Assembly (NCBI RefSeq): GCF_001447785.1
Contig: NW_015174274.1
Location: forward strand, 1,501,440 to 1,565,439
Source of the DNA: Gekko japonicus
Taxonomy: Eukaryota
Direction of reading: 5' to 3'
DNA: 64,000 bases
Positions within the stretch are counted from its first letter, which is position 1. Each line of letters begins with the position of its first letter. Below the pieces are notes generated by a model, which saw only the letters and a list, made by a program, of their open reading frames with translations, did not search any database and was not told where the DNA came from. Positions 13,601-25,600 of the stretch are shown piece after piece. Position numbers and translations under genes: made by a program.

Positions 13601-16600
13601 AGATCTTAACCTCACATAGCTACGTCCTACGATCTTGTCCTCAGAGGCGTGTCCAAGCACCTCGCTCCACCCTGGGGCCAGGCAATCAGATGTTAGTATG
13701 CCAGGGCATAGGGGGTACAGGTGGAATAGCGGTGGCGGCGGCTTCTACTCAAAAGCCTGGCAGAAGAGCTTCGTCTTACAGGCCCTGCGGAACTGAGAAA
13801 GGTCCCGCAGGGCCCGGATCTCCTCCGGGAGCTCCTTCCACCAGGTAGGACCCGCCACCGAAAATGCCCTAGTCCTGGTCGCTGCCAATTTAACTTCTCT
13901 CGGGCCTGGAGTTTCCAGGAGATGACACCCTCACGACCGAAGTGCCCTTGGGGGAACATATGGAGAAAGGCGGTCCCTCAGGTAGGCTGGACCCTGGCCA
14001 TTGCTCTGATTCAGTAACCCTGTAAGCAAGAGGGCTGTGTTAGGAAACACATGTGTTTCCTATCCCCACTCTAACCTGGCCATATCTGATGCATCCCATA
14101 TTAATCCATAGTTATTGTACGGATATTCACCGGATCAATATGTCTGTTTTGACAGAAAAAACCCCCAAAGGAAACAAGAGAAAGATCAAATCAACATGCT
14201 GTAGATCCTGATCCCAGCTTTCAGTTTCATACAGGGGGGGGGGAAATCACATTTATTTCAAACTAATATGCTGTCCTTTTGACTAAACGACACATCAGGT
14301 GGCTTACAATAAAAGACAAGTTATAATGAAACGACAAATTAAAAGAGCAGTTTACATAACCCCCCCAGGAAATAAAGTAAAAGCAGGAACTGAACCATAT
14401 AGATATTAAAACAAATGAACAAAACAGAGCAATGGAATGAGGAGGAAAACTCAGTTACCAAGACTTGGACATTTAGACAGGTTTTGCCTGGTGAGTAAAC
14501 AATGACAGCAATTTGAACATGTTTCAGAAAGGAGTTCAGCTAATGACCTGCAAGTGTAGAAATAGCCATCTCTCTTCAGTATAATCTGCTCACTTCAGAA
14601 GAAATAAGAAACCAGAGAGGGGCTTCTAATGATGCTCTCAGATATTGGGCAGGTTTATATGGGAGACGCCGAATCTTTAGGTAAGCTGGTGTACATGGTA
14701 TGCAGGGAGAGGATTATAGATGACAGGGTCAGCAGTGAATTCCAGCTCTTTGAATTGTGCTTGAAAACAAACTGGAAGCCAATGCAGGTCTTTGAGTGCC
14801 ACTGGCAAAATGTACTCTTTATGACAAATCCATCCGGTTAATAGTTTGGCCTCTGCATTTTGGACCAGTGAAGCTTCAGATAACTTTTCAAAGGCAGCTT
14901 TAGGTACAAGAAATCTTATCTGAACATTACCAAGATATAGATGACTGAGTCAAGATTCATGAGGAAAACCATGAAAACCTGTAACAATGAAATCATCGTG
15001 GGACTGTTGTCTAATAAACTTCCTTCTTGTGTTCTATGCAGAATGGGTATTGGGCAGATCAACCTTGTGATGTCAAACTTGGATCCATTTGCAAAAGGAA
15101 ACCATTGAAAGAATCTCCAGGGGAACAAGAAATAGTTGAAGAAGGCTGCCGGAGAGTAAGTATTAGATTGGTAATATGAAGATCCCAGTTCCAGATGAAT
15201 ACACCAGAATCTAAACGATAACAGAAAAATGTACATATTTACTATATTCTTTGATACTCCAGCATTTCTACAAAGCCTGCCAGCTCTTATTAACCAAGAA
15301 ATTAAATCTTTTTGATGATCATCACTAGATCAGAGCAAAATTAACACAGGCGAATAAAGTCTAGATTAGCCATACCCATCTCTCATTGTCAACAGGCCTT
15401 CAAAGCCCTATTATATAATAGGGTTGCCAACTTCTTGTTGGGAAATTCCTGGATATCTGAGGATGGAACCTGGGTAAGGTTAGGGTTTAAAGGGGGGAGG
15501 GACCTCCGTGGGGTATAATGCCGTTGAGTCCACCTTCCAAAGCACCATTCCTCCAAGGGAACTGATCTGTATAGTTTGGAGATCAGTTGTAATTCCATGA
15601 GATCTCTGGGCTCCACCTGGAGGCTGACAATCCTGCTATACCATGAATGGAAACCTATACAAACTATATTTGTTTTAACAATAGAATTCAAGCTGACAGT
15701 GAAGAAAAATGAGGTGGCAGTTTAATTGGCTGGATAAGAAAGCAGAGGAGGGGCTTTAATACATCCTGCGTGTTTAGATCCTTATAAAATTATACCCTTA
15801 ATGTAACAGATATTCCTGCAGGAAAGTGCCTCTTTACAAATTTGGCATATTTTATTTAATTTTTATTTTTTAATTATTTTTATTTTATTTTTCAGATTTC
15901 TACCCCACCCTCCCAGCCAAGGCCAGCTTGGCTTACACAAACAGCACATAAGTAGCCTTACCTAGTGGTTGCAGGCAATGCCTTCTCTAAGCTGTGGAGA
16001 ATCACGAACAAAAATTCTACTTTGTGAGCTTCTGGCCTTAAAGCTGTGAGTGAGCGATTTGGCTGCTGCATAAAATTAGTTTGCTCTGGAGCCCTCCTTC
16101 CTGAGCTAAGATGAAAATGTGTGAGCCAGGTGCTAAAAAACTGTGAGCTGGCTCACACTGACTCAGCTTAGCGGGAACACTGGTTGCAGGGCATGTAGCC
16201 CCCTCCCCATACACACACCTCTGGCAAAACCCCATTCTTTTTTTTTTATAGAATTTATTTATGTTTTTTCCAACAAAAAAGAAATCAAAATACTTTCCGT
16301 TTATACATATCGTTTTTCGGAGTGATCATTATACATTTTTTTCAAACCACTTATATACTTTAAACCATCTTTTCTTAAAAACATTATCGTCTCTTCCTGC
16401 TAGTATCATATTTAATCTGTCCATTTCTGCTATTTCGAATATTTTTTCCATTATTTCTTCTTTTTTGGGTAGTATGTCTGATTTCCATTTTTTTGCTATG
16501 AGAATTCTGCTTATCGTGAGAATATATAACATAATACATCTATCAACTCTATTTGTTTTATCTGGAAGCATATTAAGCAGGTAACTTTCAGGGATAAGCT

Positions 16601-19600
16601 GCAGCTCTATTTCTGTGATATCTTTTATCAATTTTTTTTACCATTTTCCAAAAATTCGTTATTTTATCACACCTCCACCATATATGGTAAAACGTTGAAG
16701 ACAGCATATAGCTGAATTTCTTTCTGTGTCTGCCCAGGCTGTGTTCCTTTCATTGTTAATCTATTATGTTTGTGATTCTTTTATTAATATTTATGTGCCT
16801 TAAAACATTTTCTTTATATGGTATAGCTCTTACTAATTTTGCCGTTTCCCACATTTTTTTCCATTCTTGATTTTTTATTGTATAGCTTTATATAGCTTTT
16901 GTATTTGTTTATCTGCCGAGGATACCAGATCTTGTCTATTTCTGACATTGAGTCTTTAAATTTTGTTTTTTTGTCCTTAGCGAATCTTGACTGTAATATA
17001 GTTCAAAGACATGGCTTTTACTGTTACATGGTTGGAAATGTATTTGCAACATTTGCTGAAGCAAATGAAACATGCCAAAAGAATGGAGCTCATCTAACTG
17101 CAGTTAAGGATAGGTAGGAACACCCATCCCCAAATGTGTTTTTTCCCATTCCCAGGGTAAGAACTCTTGTTACATTGTTTTTGTTTGTCCCCCCCCCCAA
17201 GATCTGGTGGAAAGACGGAAGTACCTCATGAGTACTGCTCTGGGCCAATTGCAGAGTTTCATTTCTGCTTTGAATATTTGGTTTCAAAAGCTTGGCTAGC
17301 AACAAGTAACTATTAAACAGGGCCACTGGTGACATAAACCTTAAGTATTGTTAATACCAATGGTGGAGGTAGAATTTATAGAAGAAGGGGATTGATGGGA
17401 GGAGGGGCATGTGACGGGAGTATTATATGAGTGCCAGTTCCAAATAATTGTTTTAAATTGTATACAGAGCCTTCATACACACAACTTGTACAGATTTTAA
17501 CTTCGAGTGCACAACCTATTATCCTGCATTTTTCAGAGTACCAAATCATGTATATTTTTCAGGGTACTAGGTAACCAGTGCTGCCGGATTCCTAAGCCTA
17601 CTGACTTTAATGCTACTAGAAGGGTGTAACTCTGTATAGGATGGAAAAGCCTACATAGGGACAATGTGATGATGTGCAGATGCACCCATGCATTGATTTT
17701 AACAATAGGCTTTTCTGAATTTTGTGTAGTTCTGTCAGAGCTGTCCTTGAAAGGGCAGCTCTGGAAAGACCTCTCTCAGCCCTACCTACCTCATAGGGTG
17801 TCTGTTGTGGGGAGGGAAAGGGAAAGGAGTTTGTAAGCTGCTCTGAGACTCCAAGTGAAGGGCAGGGTATAAATCCAATCTCCTTCTCCTCCTCTTCTTC
17901 TCCTCATTTTACTCCCGTTACTTCCTGTTTCTTTGGGATTTTTTCCTGTTCCACATGTGTTTTGCTCCCTCACGTGGGCAATTCGATATCATGCAGATTT
18001 ATTTCCAGCATAAAAACCTGCAGTTAAATCTGCGGGGAGATATGCTTCAAAAAAAGCTGTGTAGTATTGAATCAACCACTTGAGGGAGCAAACACATGTG
18101 AAACAGGAAAAAAGCCCTGAAGAAACAGGAACTTAGCAGAGAACAATTCCACAAAAGCAGTTGTTCTGCCCTCAGTCTCCCATTTTTTCCAGTTGTACTG
18201 CTTAATTTCCCACTATTTGCTGTGCGGCCGCATTTTGACCCGCATCCCCCACCCCATCCCCCCCCCCCGATTTCCTCCACGTCTTCTTGATCCTAAAAAA
18301 TAAGGATCAAGAAGACAGGGAGGAAATGGGGGGGGAGATGCGGGTAAAAATGCGGCAGCACAGCAAATAGTGGGAAATTAAGCAGTTCAACCGGGGGAGA
18401 CCGAGGGTGGAACAACTGCTTTTGTGGAATCGGTCAGAGAGTAAAATGAGAACGTGGAAAAGCCCAGTTTTAAGAGCTCTGAAAAGACCTCATGCTGCTT
18501 CAATTTCCAAGCCTTTTAGAGCACTAGAACATGGAAAATGAATACGTGCATTGTCTCAGCAACATCACCTTCCTTTTGTTGAAGATGGGTTTATTTACTG
18601 TTTATCCATATACAATTTATGAGTTTATGCTGCTGCCTCAATAGCTTTTTTTGATATTTTTCTTACAAAATTAGTCCTAGAAATTACATATGGTGAAATT
18701 TCAGTCCTGCCATTTATTCTTATTTTCCTGCAGATATGAACAAGCCTATCTGACCAGCTTGATTGGGCTTAAGCCTGAAAGCCATTTCTGGATTGGTCTT
18801 ACAGACATAGAAGAAAAAGGAACATTCAAATGGACCAGTGGAGAAGCTGTCGAATTCACTCACTGGAATTCTGAAATGCCTGGCATGTTCAAATACTAAA
18901 CTCATCGGGGTAGGAAAATTACACAGGAGTAAAGTAGCACCTTCAAGATGCCAACATTTATTTCTGCATGGAAGTACACTTGGACTTGCAAAAACCTATG
19001 TTGAAATAAATTTCATCAGTCATTATGGTGCTGCTTTATTTCTGTGTAAATCATTTCTAAGGAAATGATTATGCAGTAAAATGCTTGGATTTGGGAATGA
19101 ATGGCAAAAGAAAAAAATCATTACAATATTTAGCACTCAGTGAATTCTAAAAAGCTCCCTTTTTTAACAGAAAAAAGAAAAACTAATTTCAGGCAGACAC
19201 CACCCCCCCCCCTTGGAAAATAATGCTGAGGAATGATTTTTCCAAAGTGATTTGGCTAAATTGTCAGTTTCTGTGGCTAGCAAATTGCTTTCTTGGATTT
19301 CTGGAAATGCTCATTCTAGTGCTTTTGAAAACCTCTTGCTCTAGAGAGAGACAGTTTGGTGTAGTGGTTAAGAGCGTGGACACCGAACCCTGAGCCTGCT
19401 GAAATATAAATTTCCCATGAAGTCATATTTTCTCTAGAAACTTTTAAACACAATAATAAAAATGGCCTTAGTGTTCATAAATGTTTCAGAGAGGTCCAAG
19501 GTCACTAGCAAACTTCCAAGGGAGAGTTGGGTTAGACCCTTGGCCTCTCAGATCTTAGTCTCATCCTCCAACCATGCTCACATAGTGTTTCACCTGGTTA

Positions 19601-22600
19601 AATTTGTTTTACTTTAAAATTAAAAGTATGACACCATTCTATTTGTTGCTGGAAAAAATATTAAATTATTTTTAAACTACAGACAACAGCTTGTACTAAA
19701 TATCACAGGAACTTGCCTAGATTTAAAATTGTATGTCACCATTCTATTTGTTGCTGGAAAAAAAATTAAATTATTTTAAAAATACAGACAACAGCTTGTA
19801 CTAAATAATCCATATCACAGGAACTTGCCTAGATTTAAAATCCCCCAAAACAATGCAACAAAGGACAAGACTGGTGTCTGCAGTGGGCATCTCAGGCACT
19901 TCCTGATGCCCACAGCTGCTATTTCCTCTAGGGGAACAGATCGTTCGTAATTCCTGGAGATTGTCAGGTTTTACCTGGAAGTTGGGAATGCTAGGTTTAT
20001 CTGTTCCCCTCTATCACAGTCTTCCGCCAGCGGGTTAAGACTTTTTCGTTTTGTTTGGCATTCCCTTTGTCTTCCGCCAGCAGATTAAGACTTTTTTGTT
20101 TTGTTTGGCATTCCCTTCCTGACCCTCCTTCCTGTTTATGTTTCAATTGTTTTTTGGGTATATCTGTTGTTTGTAAAGTTGGTTTTTAATGTCTTTTTAA
20201 CTGTTCACTGCCTTGAACTGAGTGGGAAGGCAGAATAAAAATGTTTTAAATTAATAGTAGACTAACATAACTACCCATGGAAATGATTGCTATGATGCCT
20301 GGCAGTTGCTGGAAAAAGTTATGGATTTCTTACCACATTTAATGTCTGCCTACTATGCAACATACATGTAATTGATTTGAATAGGGAAGATCTTGTTTTG
20401 ACCATATAGCTGTAGTTGGACATGAATGGCGGGTATATACAGTGTGAACGAAGTAAAAGAGTGGCTGTATTGACAAAAGAATATATTAGTTTTATTCCAC
20501 CACAAATGAAATAGATCTGGGTAAAACTGCACAAGTGCACAAGGAGCTAATCCATAAATATAAAGAATTTCAGGGATCATCTGGCTGTTTTTTGGAAACG
20601 GTGCTTGTATCTTTCTGGCATTTTTAAACTGAAAGGAAATGCTATGTTTGTTTGATGCCACCATCAGTTTTGGGGGAGAAAAGCTGTCTTCTGCTTTTTT
20701 CCAATAAAAGTTTAGAATTACTACACCCATGACTAGAGATTTGGTTGGCATCATTTGTGAAAAATGTATAAGGTGTATTCAGAAATAATCCTGGTGGTTA
20801 TGCTGGTAATCATAACAACAGTTTGAAAGTAGCAGGATGATATGTCTGTCCCTTTAGATGATGCAGTTTTGTCTATGTTTGTCATGTGTTCCAAAGGAAG
20901 TAAGCCAGGCTGTGTGGCCATGAGAACTGGAATTGCAGGTGGATTGTGGGACCTTTTGAAATGTGAGACCAAGGCAAAGTTTCTCTGCAAAAAGTGGGCT
21001 GAAGGAGTGACTCCTCCACCTCCTCCAGTGACGACTCCTGCTCCCAAATGCCCCGATGACTGGCATTCAAGTTATCAGAGTAACATCTGCCACAAAGTAC
21101 GTCTTCTGATTTTGGAATCTGCGCAAGCTTTGTTGAATAGTTGTTTTATGTACATACGTTGATTTTTATAATCTGCCCCATCAGAAAGAGTTGGGGTGGA
21201 TTATGTATACAAAGACACATTTTAAAAATGCTCCACTAACATGATGGGGAAAAACTCTACCTATTTTCAGAGTAATAAAACATGACAAAGTGTCCTTTCT
21301 CTCCCCAACTCCCAACAACCTTCTGAAAAACAATCAGAATCACAGGCTTGTTGCCATCAGTGGACATTGCAAAGTTATATACGGGCAGCCATTGACCAAG
21401 TCAATTGCCAAGCCAAGAATATTTGATGAACACTCTCCCTACTAAAGGAATGCCTTTAATGCTATATTTCAGTGTTGAATACCTGATTTGTTGCATTTGA
21501 GTTTCAGAGGGAACCTGCTTTGGCTCTATATTCCCCTTTCTCCATTTGTATTTCCCGTCTTCCTGTCTCTACTAGGGAATTCTGTTTTGATAGAACATTT
21601 TTATTGCTAGGGTCTCATTGCTTTTCCCTAAAGGTGCCCTCTTTTCAGGACAGTCCTCAAATGCAATCTTTCCAATGCAAGTGCTTAGATAAAGATAGGG
21701 ATAGAAAATATCAGCAAGACTTTGTGGGGAGTCCAGATTGTGTGACTACAATCTGTAGTCTTATCTACTGTTTATGGAAGTTGCCTATCTTCAGGCCAGG
21801 AAACCTTTCAGGGTGCTGGGAGTGTCATTTCCTCATCCTGAAGCCCTGACAGTGTGTGTCTTTCCTCTTGCAAGCCTGCATCCTTGGGTTTTGTTGCTAC
21901 CATTTCTTGATGCTTCTGCAAGTGGATCCTTCATAGATGGCCCTGATCCTTTCTTGTACTTTATTGCTTACATTTGTCTGTGATTTGTTAAGCTTTAAGG
22001 AGTCATTCCTGCTCAGTCAAGTTCTGAAGCAGAACCTGTATCTTCGTAAATGTACTCTCAAGAACAAAAACTGACCATCCATAAAACAGCTGGCTCACAA
22101 TTTCTTGCAGAGCAGCGTGCTTTCAGCTGAACATTCGGTAATGTCTTCTTGAGGGCACCCAGGGACCTTCAAATTTGGTGGCATGGATTGCTGCATACCC
22201 ACAATAGAATGGGAATCACTTCTTCCAGTGTGATCCCACATCACTTTGAGAACATGAGTAAGCTGCAACCATGTGGCTTGTGCCAATGATTTGGTTTCAT
22301 CCTGCACAACCACCATTCTTCCTGTCTATGGGCAGACCAACTAATTAGTATAGCATTCCTCATTATTAACTCCAGGTAGAACTCTCACCTCTTTAATCCT
22401 GCTGTTGATATGATTGGCCTGTGCTTTTTTGATAAATCTGTAGATTAAGGTGGTGCCAATGAGAGGCAGCCACTGAGAATGCCTTTCTATACTCCCTTTC
22501 TATAGACCCTTTCTATCAGTATTTTGAGGACAAAGGTAAGCACAAGAGGAAACGCTGGGAAAGTTTTAGTGAAGCATGAAGGTCCCATGATGCTTCAGAA

Positions 22601-25600
22601 ATGATAGGGTTCATCTCATCTGTCCAAGAAATGCTATATTTGCAGTTCCAGCAGTGAATGGGTGCCAGACAGAACAACTGAGACAATGCCATGTGTGGGA
22701 TAACAGACCACAACTTTATTGCTTACAGCTTTAGAGGTTTGGTTTAACACAGGGCAATGAAACCAAAGGCATTGGGCAACCTGTATGCTGCCTGATGTAA
22801 AACCCCATCACTCAGCCCACTTGCAAAGGAGAAGAACCTGGGATGGCAGTGTTATGGGAACACTTGGGTGCAGGCCACTGTGTGATTCCCCTGCCACCTG
22901 GGGGTGAGGAGAGGCCAGCAGCCCCTGAGCTAGGCATGCTTCCTTAACCCATGCCCCCATCCTCACCTAGGGNNNNNNNNNNNNNNNNNNNNNNNNNNNN
23001 NNNNNNNNNNNNNNNNNNNNNNNNNNNNNNNNNNNNNNNNNNNNNNNNNNNNNNNNNNNNNNNNNNNNNNNNNNNNNNNNNNNNNNNNNNNNNNNNNNNN
23101 NNNNNNNNNNNNNNNNNNNNNNNNNNNNNNNNNNNNNNNNNNNNNNNNNNNNNNNNNCATCAGTTGAAGATTGCTTCTGGCCCTGCAAACCATCCGCCAT
23201 GGGTCACAAATGCCCCCCCCCCGGTAAGTCGGGGACTTATTCTTCTCATAGCTTTCCCGCATTGCTGCAATAATGGATAATATACTGGATAACTCAGCCC
23301 ATTTTAAACAATAACTATTGATTTCTAACATTTATACTCTACATAGAGTTGTCATCAAATTGTACCCAATATGACATTTTAAGCATAATGTGGAGGTTGC
23401 TGCTTAGGTGAAAAATTTGAAGAATTTTGAGTGAAGCTTTAATCAGACTAGCAAAACTTTTCTTGGAGGCTTTGTACATTCCTGAATCCTGCTTTCTAAC
23501 TCAGCTGAACCTGGTTTGCCTGCAGTACTTTCCCTATTGAACCAATTTAGGAACAGGATAATCTCTAAACTGTGCCATGCTTACTTTGTCCCAGCCATCT
23601 TTTATTGCATAACCTTGCTGTGGAGTAATATTTCTCCACTTTATTCTGTGTACGGTTTATAAAGTCTAATTGTCAAACTCTGTATTGTCATTAGGCTTAT
23701 GCAAGGCGAGACAAGAAATCATGGGCTGAGGCCCAGAGTTTCTGTAGAGTCATTGGAGGTGATTTGGTCACCATCGGTAGTGCAAGAGAACAGACCGGGC
23801 TGTGGACCTACTTGTCGTGAGTACATGGTACTATCATAAGTGTTTCAAAGCCTCCAAAGGAAAAGAAACTTGCTACTTAGCACCACAGGAAGAGGCTGGT
23901 TTTGTTGAAACCATATGTTAGCTGTAGCAAAGTTACTATATCTTGTGGCCCAGCAGGGGCAGAATGTCAACTTACAAGGAAATTTCCTGGTGGGTTGCTG
24001 TCCTAGCAGGCCACAGGTGGCCAGGAGAAAGCAGAGCCAAACCTTAGTAACTTTGCCCGGCGCCCAGGAAGCACTTGGGTTCTTCACCTGCAGTGATGAT
24101 GCATCAACTCACTGAGTGCTTCCTCCTACACTGCTGCAATTTTGTGGGAGAAAGCTATGGATGAGTCAGTGGCCACTGTTGGTATTGCTGATTATGGAAC
24201 ATAATGGTTGAATCTACATTTCAATTTTTAAATCAGTTTCGTGCTGCATTTGCATTTTTAAATCAGTTTTGTGCTGCTGTGACACTGTCTTTCTCTATGT
24301 TTGACGGTGTCACAGCAGCACGAAACTGATTTTAAAATGCAAATTTAGATTCGACCAATGTGTGCAGCTCTGGCTTGTAGTATCACAAGGGCCAATCAGG
24401 TTGGCTTGCTCCACGGCCATTTTAACTTCTTGCTCTACCCCTGTGCCTGGGCTAATGTTGGACAGCATGTGACGTTGTTGGAAACTAATTAGGTTTGTGT
24501 CTGGTCAGTGCCTGGAAAGTAGACTTCCTGGGAATCCTAAGTAAGCTGCCTTGAGTTCCATGGTGAAAGAAAGGGGCAGATCTAAGTGTAATAAACTGCA
24601 TTGATTCACACAGCACTGGTTGATTCTAGCAACTGAGATATGAAATCAGTCTAAAAGAAAAACTAGATACTGGTGAAAACTCATATAGTTCTTGGGCTTT
24701 GAGGAAACGGCTACAGGGAGGGACGTAACTTAGCAATGTTCCCTCTAAGTTGTGGAGTCTTCTGAGCAAAAATTCTACTTTGTGAGCTACTGGCATTAAA
24801 ATTGTGAGTGAGCGATTTAGCTACTGCATAAATCAGTTTGCTCTGGAGCCATCATTCCTGAGCTAAGACAAAAATGTGTGAGCTGGGGGCTAAAAAAACT
24901 GTGCGCTAGCTCACACTAACTCAGCTTAGAGGGAACTCTGGATGGAAGCCTCATTTCTAAGATAAAAGCCATCAGGCTTATGTCACAGACAATGGCAATA
25001 TGAGAGCAAGGTTTGAGTAGGATTGCGCCTTTGAGACCAAGAAGATCTCCAGGGCATAAGCTGTTTGAGAACCAAGGTTCTCCTATCTGACCAAGAGGAC
25101 TTGGCTGTGTTAGTCTGTTGCTGCAAAATAGTAAAAAGCCCAGTAACAACTTTAAGACTAATAAACTTTATTGTAGCATTGTAGTAATGATTTTATATGG
25201 TTTTAACTTGTTTTATGTGTTGGCTTATGCCTACCTGTGAGCCGCTCTGAGCCCGCGTTGCGGGGAGGGTGGGCTATAAATTGAATTTATAAATAAATAA
25301 ATAAATAAATAAGCTTTCAAGAAACACAGCTCTCTTTGTCAGATGCATGGAGGGTATGAAGAAACTGGCCAGAGATATATAGGTGGTAAGGGGAGGGGGG
25401 GGAGGATGCAGAAAGTGCCATGTAAATGCAAACCAGTTGCAAAAGTCATGAAGAAGGTATAATACTTTATATTAAATGTAAATATTAAAGACGCTCCCCA
25501 TGGATATACAAGAATGTATTCATACAGACAAACCCCAGGAACCATGGCTAGGAATATTCTTCCTACTACCCCAAATCCACAAACCAGTAACCCAGGATAC

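Noticed and set aside
16721-16741. ttctgtgtctgcccag|gctg as the true exon 10 acceptor
   Set aside because: It is followed by non-coding sequence with stop codons and lies about 265 nt from the exon body, so it cannot give a continuous frame.
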